A DNA stretch of 64,000 nucleotides from Leucoraja erinacea (GCF_028641065.1 NW_026576092.1:124001-188000), one strand, 5' to 3'. Positions 1-14,759 are shown, numbered from the stretch's first letter. The notes: generated by a model from the letters alone, not told the origin. A program made the numbers and translations.

Positions 1-535
1 CCAAATCTGAGGAAGGACATTATTGCCATAGAGGGAGTGCAGAGACGGTTCACCAGACTGATTCCTGGGATGTCAGGACTGTCACATGAAGAAAGACTGG
101 ATAGACTTGGTTTATATTCTCTAGAATTTAGAAGATTGAGAGGGGATTTTATAGAAACTTACAAAATTCTTAAGGGGTTGGACAGGCTAGATGCAGGAAG
201 ATTGTTCCCGATGTTAGGGAAGTCCAGAACAAGGGGTCACAGCTTAAGGATAAAGGGGAAATCTTTTAAAACTGAGATGAGAAGAACTTTTTTCACACAG
301 AGAGTGGTGAATCTCTGGAACTCTCTGCCACAGAGGGTAGTTGAGGCCAGTTCATTGGGTATATTTAAGAGGGAGTTAGATGTGGCCCTTGTGGCTAAGG
401 GGATCAGGGGGTACGGAGAGAAGGCAGGTACGGGATACTGAGTTGGATGATCAGCCATGATCATATTGAATGGCGGTGCAGGCTCGAAGGGCCGAATGGC
501 CTACTCCTGCACCTATTTCTATGTTTCTATGTTTC
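1..535 (+). mobile_element. CR1 family A 3' fragment; degenerate copy at 1005-1450
   Basis: ORF 37..441 plus tail. Confidence 0.92.
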
Positions 536-3500
536 ACCAACTTGCCACAGGCCCCACATGGAGTGGAATACAATCTTTCATAATGAGCCCTCAATTTAAC
601 CGGGCATATAAAAGTGCAACACTCCTTCATTATGGATAGGAAAGGATGAGATGGATGTGAGCAAACGGAACATGCTCAAGAAGGCATCTTGGTTGGCATG
701 GCATGACAAATTTTGTTTAAAGAGCCTGTTTCCTTGCTGTACAACTCTGACTATTGTGTTGGAGTATCACCCTATGCTTTTGTGTACTGGAAACTAGTAC
801 ATGGCCCCATGCACCCATTGTTTAGTTTGGTTTAGTTTAGTTTGGAGATATGATGTGGAAACATGGCCTTTAGCCCACTGAGTCCACGCCGACCAGCGAT
901 CTCCACACACTAGCGCTATCCTATATACATTAGGGAAAATGTTACAACTATATCAAGCCAATTAGCCTACAAACTTGCACGTCTTTGTATGGGAGGAAAC
1001 CGGAGATCTCAAAGAAAAGATCGCAGGTACTCGCTAGAATTTGGAAGATTGAGGCGGGATGTTTCCACAGAAATCTCCAAAATTCTTAAGGGGTTAACCA
1101 AACTAGAATCAGGAAGATTGCGGCCCAATGTTGGGGTTTCCAGAACAAGGGGTCACAGTTTAAGGATAACACAGATCTTCAGAGACTGAGATGAGAAAAA
1201 GGCTTTTTAAAACAGAGATGAGTGGTGAATCTCTGGAATTCTCTGCCACAGAAGGTTGTTGAGGCCAGTTCATTTGGTATATTTAAGAGGGAGTCAGATG
1301 TGGCCCTTGTGTCTAAAGGGATCAGGGGGTACGGAGAGAAAGCAGTTACAGGATACTGAGTTGGATGATCAGCCGTGATTATTTTGAATGGCGGTGCAGG
1401 CTCGATGGGCCGAATGGCCTACTCCTGCACCTATTTTCTATGTTTCTATGAACCCTCACCAACTTGTACAGATGCGCCACAGAAAGCATGTTATTGAGAT
1501 GCCTCGCGGCCTGTTTTTGGAACAGTTCCATCCAACATACCAGAAATTGCAGAGACGTGTGGATATAGCACACAAACCAGCTTCCCTTCCATCGACTCCA
1601 TCTGCACCATATTGCTCAGCAAGACCACCAGCATAATCAAGGACCAGCCTCATCCCGGACACTCCCTCTTCTCCCCTCTTCCATCAGACAGGTGATACCA
1701 AAGTTTGAAAACGCAAAAACCTCCAGATTCAAGGACAGTTTCTTCCCGGGTTTTTCCCTGCTGTACCTGCATGCTTACTTTCAGTGACTGATGTCTATAT
1801 TCAATGTTATACCTTTACCATATAATAACCATATAACAATTACAGCATGGAAACAGGCCATCTCGACCCTTCTAGTCCGTGCCGAACACATAATCTCCCC
1901 TAGTCCCATATACCTGCGCTCAGACCATAACCCTCCATTCCCTTCCCATCCATATAACTATCCAAAAGTTATATGCCCGGTTAAATTGAGTACACTAAAT
2001 GTTGTACTCTTTACCCTTTATCTTTTTCACTGTGGACGGTCTGATTGTATTTATGTACAGACACTCACCAACTTACACAATGGATGACTTGCATAAGATC
2101 GCTCTTATGTAACCAATCTGTACTTAGTCATTATCGCAGATGGTCATTTCCACAACACTGCACAATCACTCAAGTTTGCATCGGAAACAAGCCAGCAATG
2201 GTGGTGGTGCTTACCCAGAAGGCCACGCGCCGCAGGAAGTGCCCCAAGGGCGAGACAGACCACAAGCCGGCAATGGCGGCAGTATTTACCCAGAAGGCTG
2301 CGCGCCACAGTGAGTTCCCCTTCAGCACAACGGTGAACCCGACTTACATAAAATCCAATTTACGTAAGGGTTCTCGGATCATGACACTTGCATAAATCAG
2401 AGAGTGCCTGGATCTACTTTTTTTGGACTGGATCGCACACAAACAAAAGCTTTTCCCTGTATCTCGTTACATGTGACAATAACAATAAACTAAACTAAAC
2501 CCTCATTCTATTGCCTTCCACCAGTTTCTCTATATAACCATATAACAATTACAGCACGGAAACAGGCCATCTCGGCCCTACAAGTCCATGCCGAACAAAT
2601 TTTTTTTTTTCCCCTTAGTCCCACCTGCCTGCACTCATACCATAACCCTCCATTCCCTTCTCATCCATATGCCTATCCAATTTATTTTTAAATGATACCA
2701 ATGAACCTGCCTCCACCACTTCCACTGGGAGCTCATTCCACACCACCACCACTCTCTGCGTAAAGAAGTTCCCCCTCATATTACCCCTAAACTTCTGTCC
2801 CTTAATTCTAGCTGTCTACACCCTTCTACCCAGCTAATATCTAGCTGTCTACACCCTTCATGATTTTACATGTTTTTGATCTCTTTGCACCCTCTGTCCC
2901 AAGGTACTGAGACAAACCCAAGACCATGAGCGCAACTATGTGATGAAGACTAGTTTGCCGGGAAGAAATCCTAGACACTCAGCACCTGTACTGAGGCAAA
3001 GGATAAGTGGCCCGAGCAATGCTGAGACATCAGAACCTCTATCTGCCCACGAACACACACTTACTACAGAGTCCGTCTGAGTTGCCTCTTCAAGCTCATA
3101 GCTGAGCTGCCAGGAAGAAACCTGAGTCTGCCAGCGCCTCCTCATGAGGCAAGGGTGAACTGCAAGAAGAAGCCTGAGATCGTCATGCCACCTCCTTCTG
3201 ACCAGTAAGCTGTTGGGACAAGACCGAGATATGCCAGCATCGTTGTACATGCGCTCTAATGGTGAGGGACAGCATCCATCTGCGGTCCTGGACTTTTTTA
3301 CCACTGTAAATAAAATATATCATGTAAGTTCACCCAACTGCGAGTGACAGTGTGGTCACTGCTGAACCCGGCATCATCCCCCGATACCACAGTGCATTGA
3401 AATGAATGACCTTGCATTCCAAATGGGTAGTTTAGAAAAATGGCGCTGAGGTAGAAGATCAAATATAATCATGCATGGTGGAGCTAACTCATAGGGTTGT

Positions 3501-3659
3501 GTGAGATAGACACAAAATGCTGGAATAACTCAGTGGGACGGGCAGCATTTCTGGAGGGAAGGAACGGGTGATATTTTGGATGGACACCTGGTCTGAAGAC
3601 AGGTCTCGACAGAGCTCCAGAGATCAGAGTTAGACCCGTTTCCTCCAGGTGTTCCGTTT

Positions 3660-4062
3660 TCCTCCCACATCTGCAAGTTTCCTGATGATGTTGACCCTTG
3701 CTTTCAGGTTTTCAGCCACCCACTTCAGGTATTCACGATAGGTGAGGGTGCGATCCAGGGTGACTCTGAGGTACTTGGGGAATTCTTCATTCTTCACCGG
3801 CTTACCACAAAAAGACACTCGGAGCTTTGCATTGGCGAGCTGATTGCTGAGGTGAAAGGCAGTGACAGTTGTCTTAGATGGGTTGGGGCGAAGTCGCCAG
3901 AAGGTGATGTATTCCTCCATCCCCTTCAAGTCTTGGGTTAGCACTCTGCTGATATCCTCAAGGGCAGCTCCCTGGTAGGCGAGGGCAAGGTCATCTGCGT
4001 ATGCAAACTTCTTGGACGAGGTAATTGGCATGTCACTCACATAAATGTTGAAGAGTAGCTTG
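3660..4062 (-). mobile_element. I-group (Vingi/Ingi-like) LINE RT fragment; probable upstream piece at about 2900-3300
   Basis: ORF 3630..4082: LFNIYVSDMP, YADDLAL, WRLRPNPSKT, PKYLxVTLDRTLT, NIIRKLA. The clade assignment is tentative. Confidence 0.65.
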
Positions 4063-4694
4063 TTGCTGCTGTATGCCACCAAAAATGCAGCATTGCTACT
4101 TACTTGAGTTACTACCTACATGATTTCTGTGTTCTTGAAGAATCTTGCTCCAATCACATCTTCATTGCTACTGTGAGGATTGGGGATATCACTGTCACAA
4201 ATGTATAGACATCCTGGTAAATCTCATCTGCACTCTCTCCAGTGCAATCATGTCTTTCCAACTACACACATCATTACAGGGCAGCACAATTCTTCGTGCT
4301 TGGTTTCTTGGTCCTCCAAAATATTCCAAATGGAATTCAAACTGGAAGTGGTGAAAGGAGGGCTTAAGCCAGAAAGGGTTATTGGGAAGAAAGAGCTACT
4401 TTAAATTTAGATGCATCTGGTTGGGTAACTATGGTTGGGTGGAGATTATTCCATGATTTAATTGTGCGGGGGAAGAATGGCAGAGCTGGTACAGCCGTTA
4501 CCTCACAGTGCCAAAGACCCAGTTTCGATTCTGATCTTGGGTGCTGTCAATGTGGAGTTTGCACATTCTCCATGTGAATGTGTGGAAATTCCCCTGGGTA
4601 CACTGATTTACTCCCTCGTCCCAAAGATATGAGGATTTGTAAGTTAATTGGTCTCTGTAAACCTGCCCTAACATAATATATATAAGCATCTGGA

Positions 4695-6008
4695 TAAACA
4701 GGGTCTGATTAGGAACAGTCAACATGGATTTGTGCCTGGAAGGTCATGTTTAACTAATCTTCTTGAATTTTTTGAAGATGTTACTCAGGAAATTGATGAG
4801 GGTAAAGCAGTGGATGTTGTGTATATGGACTTCAGTAAGGCCTTTGACAAGGTTCCTCATGGAAGGTTGGTTAAGAAGGTTCAATGGTTGGGTATTAATG
4901 GTGGAGTAGCAAGATGGATTCAACAGTGGCTGAATGGGAGATGCCAGAGAGTAATGGTGGATGGTTGTTTGTCAGGTTGGAGGCCAGTGACGAGTGGGGT
5001 GCCACAGGGATCTGTGTTGGGTCCACTGTTGTTTGTCATGTACATCAATGATCTGGATGATGGTGTGGTAAATTGGATTAGTAAGTATGCAGATGATACT
5101 AAGATAGGTGGGGTTGCGGGTAATGAAGTAGAGTTTCAAAGTCTACAGAGAGATTTATGCCAGTTGGAAGAGTGGGCTGAAAGATGGCAGATGGAGTTTA
5201 ATGCTGATAAGTGTGAGGTGCTACATCTTGGCAGGACAAATCAAAATAGGACGTACATGGTAAATGGTAGGGAATTGAAGAATGTAGGTGAACAGAGGGA
5301 TCTGGGAATAACTGTGCACAGTTCCCTGAAAATGGAATCTCATGTAGATAGGGTGGTAAAGAAAGCTTTTGGTGTGCTGGCCTTTATAAATCAGAGCATT
5401 GAGTATAGAAGTTGGGATGTAATGTTAAAATTGTACAAGGCATTGGTGAGGCCAATTCTGGAGTATGGTGTACAATTTTGGTCGCCTAATTATAGGAAGG
5501 ATGTCAACAAAATAGAGAGAGTACAGAGGAGATTTACTAGAATGTTGCCTGGGTTTCAGCAACTAAGTTACAGAGAAAGGTTGAACAAGTTAGGGCTTTA
5601 TTCTTTGGAGCGCAGAAGGTTAAGGGGGGACTTGATAGAGGTTTTTAAAATGATGAGAGGGATAGACAGAGTTGACGTGGAAAAGCTTTTCCCACTGAGA
5701 GTAGGGAAGATTCAAACAAGGGGACATGACATGAGAATTAAGGGACTGAAGTTTAGGGGTAACATGAGGGGGAACTTCTTTACTCAGAGAGTGGTAGCTG
5801 TGTGGAATGAGCTTCCAGTGAAGGTGGTGGAGGCAGGTTTGTTTTTATCATTTAAAAATAAATTGAATAGTTATATGGATGGGAAGGGAATGGAGAGTTA
5901 TGGTCTGAGCGCAGGTATATGGGACTAGGGGAGATTATGTGTTCGGCACGGACTAGAAGGGTCGAGATGGCCTGTTTCCGTGCTGTAATTGTTATATGGT
6001 TATATGGT
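4695..6008 (+). mobile_element. CR1 LINE family B (TTATATGG tail), longest copy, open RT frame
   Basis: ORF 4732..5928, 398 aa (DFSKAFDKV, SGVPQGSVLGP, YADD); 5'-truncated. Confidence 0.95.
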
Positions 6009-6892
6009 ATGGGTAGTGGATGAGAAAATGGAATAGCATAGAATAGCAAATTTCCTGATGATGTTGACCCTTGCTTACAGGTTTTCAGCCCAATAGTTAA
6101 CATAGAAATAGATAACATAGAACACCCAGACACAAGGAACTGCAGATGGTTTACGAAAAAAATTAAAAGTGCTGGACTAACACGATGGGTCAGGCAGCAT
6201 CTCTGGAGGACATGGATAGATGATGTTTCAGATTGGGACCCTTCTTCAGAATCTATTGCAAATTCACCCCCGAACTAGCGTGAACTGGTAATCGATCGTC
6301 AGAGTGAACAGGGTGTGCCGATGGGATATTTCCATGCTATATCTTTGAACTAAAGTCAAGTTTTAGGCAGCTATACTATGGAGTATATTGCATGTTTAGA
6401 GAAATTGTTAATACTCCTCTTGTTGGATAAGTGAAAATGTTTCTTGCCACTTGTGATGGAGCGCTGGAGTTACTTTGAGTCGTACATGAATGTTCCTCAC
6501 GTTTTTCCATATGCAGGTTTGGACCACTTAATTATCTTGGGAGTTGCAAATGGAAATGAAGGGCGTGAAAGCAAGCGCCCCAAACTGATCTTGTGATGGA
6601 GAAATTTTATTCGACTGAGGTTCTAATCTGATCTAGAACACAAATTGGACATCAATGGGCTGTTTATTATTGAATGGGTGAGTCCACCAACCCTATATGT
6701 TGCATCAGCAACCTCTGGATCATCGGTACACAAACTCTGCTGCTGCCTCTCCCTCCAACACATACACAAAATATGGCCCTCTCTCCTTCACTCCCGTCAA
6801 ACCTAACTTGAAGTCACAGAGAGATACAGCATCGGAAACAGACCCTTCAGCTCACATAGGCCATGCTGACCATCAACCACCCTTTTACACAT

Positions 6893-8860
6893 CCAAATCT
6901 GAGGAAGGACATTATTGCCATAGAGGGAGTGCAGAGACGGTTCACCAGACTGATTCCTGGGATGTCAGGACTGTCTTATGAAGAAAGACTGGATAGACTT
7001 GGTTTATACTCTCTAGAATTTAGAAGATTGAGAGGGGATCTTATAGAAACTTACAAAATTCTTAAGGGGTTGGACAGGCTAGATGCAGGAAGATTGTTCC
7101 CGATGTTGGGGAAGTCCAGGACAAGGGGTCACAGCTTAAGGATAAGGGGGAAAATCCTTTAAAACCGAGATGAGGAGAACTTTTTTCACACAGAGAGTGG
7201 TAAATCTCTGGAACTCTCTGCCACAGAGGGTAGTTGAGGCCAGTTCATTGGCTATATTTAAGAGGGGGTTAGATGTGGCCCTTGTGGCTAAGGGGATCAG
7301 GGGGTATGGAGAGAAGGCAGGTACGAGATACTGAGTTGGATGATCAGCCATGATCATATTGAATGGCGGTGCAGGCTCGAAGGGCCGAATGGCCTACTCC
7401 TGCACCTAATTTCTATGTTTCTATGAAAGTACAAACTCCGTACAGACAGCACCCGTAGTCGGGATCGAATCCAGGTCTTTGCCGCTGTAAGTGCTGTAAG
7501 GCAGCAACTCTACCACTGCACCACTGTGCCACCCTAATAGATATAGAAATTACAAAGTACTTAGACCTGTCATTATTGAAGGAACTCTCTGCCACAGAGG
7601 GTAGTTGAGGCCAGTTCATTGGCTATATTTAAGAGGGAGTTAGATGTGGCTAAGGGGATCAGGGGGTATGGAGAGAAGGCAGGTACGGGATACTAAGTTG
7701 GATGATCAGCCATGATCATATTGAATGGCGGTGCAGGCTCGAAGGGCAGAATGGCCTACTCCTGCACCTAATTTCTATGTTTCTATGTTACACTAATGCT
7801 AAATTGATCCCATTGTAATATTTTCCTCTCATTCTTACGAACTGTCCCCAGATTCTACCACTGACTGGCAATTTACAGGCAATTTACAGCGTTCGGTTTG
7901 CCTACCAATTGCACGTTTTTGTGATGTTGAAAGAAAACTGAGGAAATCTATGTGGTCACAGGGAGAACAGGCAAACGCCACACAGACAGCATTGGTCTCG
8001 GCATCAAACCAGGGTCTCTGTGAGGTAACGGATTTACCAGCGATGCCACTATGTGACCAAGTGGAACCTCTGGTAGTTATGGTGGAGAGACAAGAGTAAA
8101 GATGCTGGGATCTGGAGTAAACAGCGTGATGATGGAGGAAGGCGGCAGGTCAGGCAGCATATGTGGAGGCAGAGGGACGGTCAACTTTTTGGGTGGTGAC
8201 TCTGCATCACGACTTGGCGTGTAGAAGTGAGGTAGCAAGTATAAAGAAGTGTGATGGAGTAGTTTAACTGGAGCTGGCAAGCGATAGGTGGAATCAGATG
8301 AGGTGAGACCACACCTGGAGTATTGCGTACAGTTTTGGTCTCCAAATCTGAGGAAGGACATTATTGCCATAGAGGGAGTGCAGAGACGGTTCACCAGACT
8401 GATTCCTGGGATGTCAGGACTGTCTTATGAAGAAAGACTGGATAGACTTGGTTTATACTCTCTAGAATTTAGAAGATTGAGAGGGGATCTTATAGAAACT
8501 TACAAAATTCTTAAGGGGTTGGACAGGCTAGATGCAGGAAGATTGTTCCCGATGTTAGGGAAGTCCAGGACAAGGGGTCACAGCTTAAGGATAAAGGGGA
8601 AATCCTTTAAAACCGAGATGAGAAGAACTTTTTTCACACAGAGAGTGGTGAATCTCTGGAACTCTCTGCCACAGAGGGTAGTTGAGGCCAGTTCATTGGC
8701 TATATTTAAGAGGGAGTTAGATGTGGCTAAGGGGATCTGGGGGTATGGAGAGAAGGCAGGTACGGGATACTGAGTTGGATGATCAGCCATGATCATATTG
8801 AATGGCGGTGCAGGCTTGAAGGGTCGAATGGCCTACTCCTGCACCTAATTATGTTTCTAT
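6893..8860 (+). mobile_element. three CR1 family A 3' fragments (6893-7425, 7582-7788, 8302-8860) with interspersed SINE pieces
   Basis: ORFs 6863 and 8288; identical 3' UTR and tails. Confidence 0.9.
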
Positions 8861-9269
8861 GAGAGCAAAGATGGGCAGGTGGAGGGAGGGGTGGAGGTAA
8901 TGACAGAGGTTGGAAGTGATAGGTGGAGACACCAAATTGATTATGGAATTCGATACGTAAGGAAAGATGTGCAAGGCTGCATTCTCAGTCGCTGACTACA
9001 TTCCCCACACACTCACAACTGAGAGGACAAATTGCTTCAACTACATCTACACGTTTGCAGATGACTCCACTATGGTGGGCCAATTCACAATCAATGATGA
9101 GGCAGAGGACAGGAAGGAGTTAGAGAACTTGGTTTCAGGTGTCAGAATAACATCCTTTCCCTGAATGTCAGCAAGTTATCGACTTCAGGAAGCATGGTGG
9201 AGTATGTGCCCCAATTTGCAACAGTGGTGCGAAGTGAAAATGATTAGGAGCTTCAAATTTCTCAGCATA

Positions 9270-9892
9270 CTCTAACCTGCTGCTGACCTTCTACCGCTCG
9301 TCCATCGAGAGCCTGCTGACATACTGCATTACAGCATGGTACGGCAGCTGCACCATGGCAGACAGGGAGAGGCTTCAGAGGGTAACCAGGACAGCGCAGA
9401 GGATCATTGGCTGCCTATAAGATCCCCTCTCCCTAATGGACAGTATACACCAAGTCCCAGTCTGCCTTCATAAGACAGGGCAAATCCCAGATCATCAGTC
9501 TGGTGAACCGTCTCTGCGTTTCTACTGTTCGATAATGTCCTGCCTCAGATCTGGAGACTGCTATAGTACGCATCAAATCCAGGACAAACAGACTCACCAA
9601 TACCCTTGCTTTCTGCGTAGAATTATAAACTACTATAAATCAAATTCACACACAATGAAAGCTAACATACACCGCCCAACACGGACTTTACTGCCTGTAT
9701 ACCTGTATATGCCTACCTTCAATGACTGCAGAACCATGTGCACCCATTCCCCCCCCCCCCCCATCTCCCTTCTGTTTTTTTTTTTTCCTGTTTCTTGTTT
9801 TTTGTGCTAATTGTATGTATGCACTGAGTACGAGCAGCTTTCAGTTTCACTGTACATGTATAGTGACAATAAATGGCATATCTATATCTATA
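9270..9892 (+). mobile_element. Rex1/Babar fragment (same family as 27283) nested in an older Rex-like remnant spanning about 8985-10320
   Basis: Near-identical to 27590-28160 apart from scrambled patches; flanks read FADDSTMVG, YFLRRLRKFG and RLRDSFFP. Confidence 0.8.
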
Positions 9893-11268
9893 AATTACCA
9901 CAATCTGTCATGGACTAAATATATTGAAACAACAGCAAAAAAATTACTTTCTCAGGAGACTAAGGAAATTTGGCAGGTCTCCAATGACTCTTACAAACTT
10001 CTACAGATGCATGGTGAAAAAGCATACTATCAGGTTGCACCACAGCTTGGTTTGGGAACAGCTCTGCAAGAAATTACAGAGAGTTGTGGATGCAGCCCAG
10101 ACCACGACATTTCACACTGTCTCGTGAAAGCTGCTAGCATCACCAAAAACCTTTTGATCCCGGACAATCCTTCTTCTACCTGCAGAAGATACAGAAGCTT
10201 GAAAGCACATAGCACCAGACTCAGGGACAGCTTCTTCCCCTCAGACTTAAAGTTATCAGACTTCTGAACAATTCCTCGGGTACCGTGTCAATATAACCTA
10301 CCTCATTGCGGACATTGGACTTTGAAGGGGGGAGGGGGTGATAGAGGATGCCTAAAATGAGAGAAATTAATGTTCATACCAAAAGCTACACAAGCTTTTC
10401 CACTCTTTATCATCCAGCCAGAGCTATCTCAGGTGTAAACATATGCCCCCCCATATATAACCATATAACCATATAACAATTACAGCACGGAAACAGGCCA
10501 TCTCGACCCTTCTAGTCCGTGCCGAACACATAATCTCCCCTAGTCCCATATACCTGCGCTCAGACCATAACCCTCCATTCCCTTCCCATCCATATAACTA
10601 TCCAATTTATTTTTAAATGATAAAAACGGAAATTAGTTTTGAGCGTAGAGATGGAATAGAAAACAATGGCTTGCCCAGGGTTAGATGTGAGCGGTTTATA
10701 TAGAGTGTGAAGTGTGGTTGCACAGACTGCAGTCAGAGTTTCAGCCTTCAAAGCAGTGTGGTTTCTGGGGAAGCAGTGTGGCTTCCAGGGAAGGAGTTTG
10801 GGTCAGTTACCATGTGCTGGTGTCTCTCAGATCGGGCAGCATACCGTTGCATTTGTGGTAGTGAAAATGAATATTTACCTCAAATGTAAACCGCCTCAGT
10901 AACATTCAGGTTATAAACTCATAGTAAACACCCAGGCCAATCAGTAACTAAATGTCACAAGATCAAAACTCACCAAACAACAGCAAAACTACCATACCTT
11001 TGTGAGGTTGGTGCCTCTAAGCTACCGTAAATGTACACCACACTGTGAGCATTTAAACCCAGTGCATGAAACACAAATAGATTACAATTCAGTCACTAAG
11101 CAACAGTCAATGCAATACATGGCAACTGGAATCCAAAGTCAAATATGGAGGATGTAATGGTTTATTATTGTTTGGTGTACCAACACACAATGCATACTAT
11201 CCAGGCAAATCATACTGTACATGAGTACAACAGGTTGGACAAAAGAGAAAATAAACAGAACACCTTCT

Positions 11269-11898
11269 GAGTATAGAAGTTGGGATGTAATGTTAAAATT
11301 GTACAAGGCATTGGTGAGGCCAATTCTGGAGTATGGTGTACAATTTTGGTCGCCTAATTATAGGAAGGATGTCAACAAAATAGAGAGAGTACAGAGGACA
11401 TTTACTGGAATGTTGCCTGGGTTTCAGCAACTAAGTTACAGCAACTAAGTTACAGAGAAAGGTTGAACAAGTTAGGGCTTTATTCTTTGGAGCGCAGAAG
11501 GTTAAGGGGGGACTTGATAGAGGTTTTTTAAAATGATGAGAGGGATAGACAGAGTTGACGTGGAAAAGCTTTTCCCACTGAGAGTAGGGAAGATTCAAAC
11601 AAGGGGACATGACATGAGAATTAAGGGACTGAAGTTTAGGGGGGTAACATGAGGGGGAACTTCTTTACTCAGAGAGTGGTAGCTGTGTGGAATGAGCTTC
11701 CAGTGAAGGTGGTGGAGGCAGGTTCGTTTTTTATCATTTAAAAATAAATTGGATAGTTATATGGATGGGAAGGGAATGGAGGGTTATGGTCTGAGCGCAG
11801 GTATATGGGACTAGGGGAGATTATGTGTTCGGCACGGACTAGAAGGGTCGAGATGGCCTGTTTCCGTGCTGTAATTGTTATAGGGTTATATGGTTATA
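11269..11898 (+). mobile_element. CR1 family B 3' fragment; short minus-strand ends at 1817-1965, 2535-2810 and 10455-10628
   Basis: Near-identical to 5400-6008. Confidence 0.92.
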
Positions 11899-12155
11899 TT
11901 AACAGAATATAATGTTATAGCTGCAGCGAAAGTACAGATTAAAACATAATGCAATGGGTGCAATGAGCTAGATTAGAAGATTGGGAATTCATCCTCAGTA
12001 TATAAGAGGTCAGTTAAAGGATGATCGCAGTGGAGAAGAAGCTGTTCTTGAATTTACTAAGATGTACTTTCAATCTTTTCTACTTTCTGCCTGACGGGAG
12101 GGGGGAGACGAATGAATGTCCCGGGTGCGAGCAGTCTTTGATTATGTTGAAGTCA

Positions 12156-12905
12156 AACGCAACAAGTTGGATTAACTCAGCGGGTCAGGCAGCATCTCTG
12201 GAGAAAAGGAATGGGTGACATGTCGGGTCGAGACCCATCTTCAGACAGAATCAGGGGAAGGGAAACAAGAGATATAAACGGTACATAGGACAAATTAATG
12301 GAAGATATGCAGAAAGCAATGAAAATCAAGGAAAGGTGGAGCCCACAATGGTCCATTGCCGGCTGTTGGATAGATGATAACGAGTTATACAGACAGTATA
12401 ACCATCAGGAGACTCAACAGGATGACAGTGAAACTAGTATGACCATGGGTCGGGGAGAGATGGAGAGAGAGGGGATCCTAGGGTTATTTGAAGTTAGAGA
12501 AATCAATATTAATACCGCTGAGTTGTAAGCTGCCCAAGCAAAATATGAGGTGCCATTCTTCCACTTTTTTCACGCAGAGAGTGGTAAATCTCTGGAACTC
12601 TCTGCCACAGAGGGTAGTTGAGGCCAGTTCATTGGCTATATTTAAGAGGGAGTTAGATGTGGCCCTTCTGGCTAAGGGGATCAGGGGGTATGGAGAGAAG
12701 GCAGGTACGGGATACTGAGTTGGATGATCAGCCGTGATCATATTGAATGGCGGTGCAGGCTCGAAGGGCCGAATGGCCTACTCCTGCACCTAATTTCTAT
12801 GCTTCTATGTTTCTAATTTACATTTGGCCTAATTCTGACAATGGAGGTGGCCCAGGACAGAAAGGTCAATATGGAAATGAGAATGGGAACCTGGAGATCC
12901 CGTAC
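12156..12905 (-). mobile_element. older Penelope-like fragment interrupted by a CR1 3' end (12563-12812, +)
   Basis: EEWHLIFCLGSLQLSGINIDFSNFK matches the GIY-YIG C-terminus; hammerhead-like tail at 12156-12247. Confidence 0.8.
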
Positions 12906-13129
12906 GCCGATTATGTTTGCTGCTTACCCGAGGCAGCGTGGAGTGTTGATGGAGTTGATAAGATGTGTTCTATGGTGCATCTCCAGACATTGTTAAATGT
13001 CATTGGCGACTTGCTGAATTTCCTCAGCTTTCTGAGGAAATAAAGGCATTGGTGTGCTTTTTTGGCGAAAACAAAGAGCTCCCATTTCCTCTCACATTTG
13101 AAAGACGTGTTGATTGATAGGTTAATTGT

Positions 13130-14290
13130 CCAGATAAGGTCATAAGTGATAGGAGTAGTATTAGGCCATTTGGTCTATCAAGTCTGCTCCACCATTTAAT
13201 CATGGCTGATCTATCTCTCCCTCCTAACCCGATTCTCCTGCCCTTCCCCATAGCCTCTGACACTGTACTAATCAAGAATCTATCTCTGCCTGAAAAATAT
13301 CCACTGACTTGGCCTCTGCAGCATGCTGTGTCAAAAAATTCCACAGATTCACTACTCACTGACTAAAGAAATTTCTCCTCATCCCCTTCCTAAAATAACG
13401 TCCTTTAATTCTGAGGCTATGACCTCTAGTCCTAGACTCTCCCACTATTGGAAACATTCACTCCACATCCGCTCTATATCTAAGCCTTTCACTCTTCTGT
13501 ATGTTTCAATGAGGTCCTCCCACCCTCATTCTTCTAAACTCCAGCGAATACATGCCCAGTGCCGACAAACGCTCATCATAGGTTAACCCACTGATTCGTG
13601 TGATCATTCTTGTAAACCTCCTCTGAACCCTCCCCAGAGCCAGCACATCCATCCTCCGATATAGAAACATAGAAAATAGGTGCAGGAGGAGGTCATTCGG
13701 CACTTCGAGCCAGCACCGCCATTCATTGTGATTATGGCTGATCGTCCCCTATCAATAACCCGTGCCTGCCTTCTCCCCATATCCCTTGACTCCACTAGCC
13801 CCTAGAGCTCTATCTAACTCTCTCTTAAATCTATCCAGTGATTTGGCCTCCACTGTCCTCTGTGGCAGGGAATTCCATAAATTCACAACTCTGGGTAAAA
13901 ACGTTTTTTCTCACCTCAGTCTTAAATGACCTCCCCTTTATTCTAAGACTGTGGCCCCCTGGTTCTGGACTCACCCAACATTGGGAACATTTTTCCTGCA
14001 TCTAGCTTGTCCAGTACTTTTATAATTTTATATGTTTCTATAAGATTCCCCCTCTTCCTTCTAAACTCCAGTGAATACAAGCCTAGTCTTTTCAATCTTT
14101 CCTCATATGACAGTCCCGACATCCCAGGAATCAATCTCGTGAACCTACGCTGCACTGCCTCAATCACAAGGATGTCCTTCCTCAAATTAGGAGATCAAAA
14201 CTGTACACAATACTCTAGATGTGGTCTCACCAGAACCTATACAACTGCAGTAGAACCTCTTTACTCCTATACTGAAATCCTCTTGTTATG
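13130..14290 (-). mobile_element. two adjacent CR1 fragments of older subfamilies
   Basis: ORFs 13506, 13604 and 13943 ([17 protein letters not shown]). Confidence 0.85.
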
Positions 14291-14759
14291 AATGTGTTGC
14301 CCAAAATTGCTCACAATATTCCAAATGCGGCCTTACCAGCAGCATATAGCACCATAGCATTACATCCCTGTAATGATCACCCCTTGTGGTAGAATGTGGG
14401 GGGGGGAGGGGGGGGGGGTGGGAGTTGATAGGAACGTGAAGAGAATAAAAATGGGATTAACGAAGGAATAGTGTAGATGGATGGTTGCTGGTCAGCACAG
14501 ACCTGATGGGCTGAATGGCCCGTTTCCTTGCTGCATCTCTCCGTGACACATGGAGACAGGTAGGGGATGGGGAGGCATGGCGTTGAGAGGCAGGTAGATG
14601 ATGGATGGAGGTAGACAGAGGAGGAAGAAAAGGCAGATGGAGCAAGGTGAAGTTGGAGACGGTTGCTGGAAGGTGATGACCAGGAACACAAAGACTCCCA
14701 TACTGGAACCTAATAAGAAAGTTAGGTAACAACAGAACCCATGAGGAGAGGTGAGAGGT

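Noticed and set aside
237-464. Recurrent ORFs MIMADHPTQYPVPAFSPYP... and MISHDHIEWRCRLEGPNG... throughout the window
   Set aside because: They are antisense or alternative-frame readings of the CR1 3' end, not a gene family.
3678-6090. 40-bp duplication (3678-3718 and 6051-6090) as a TSD of a composite element
   Set aside because: Both are pieces of the same LINE family and do not bracket a single element; this could also be a consensus artefact.
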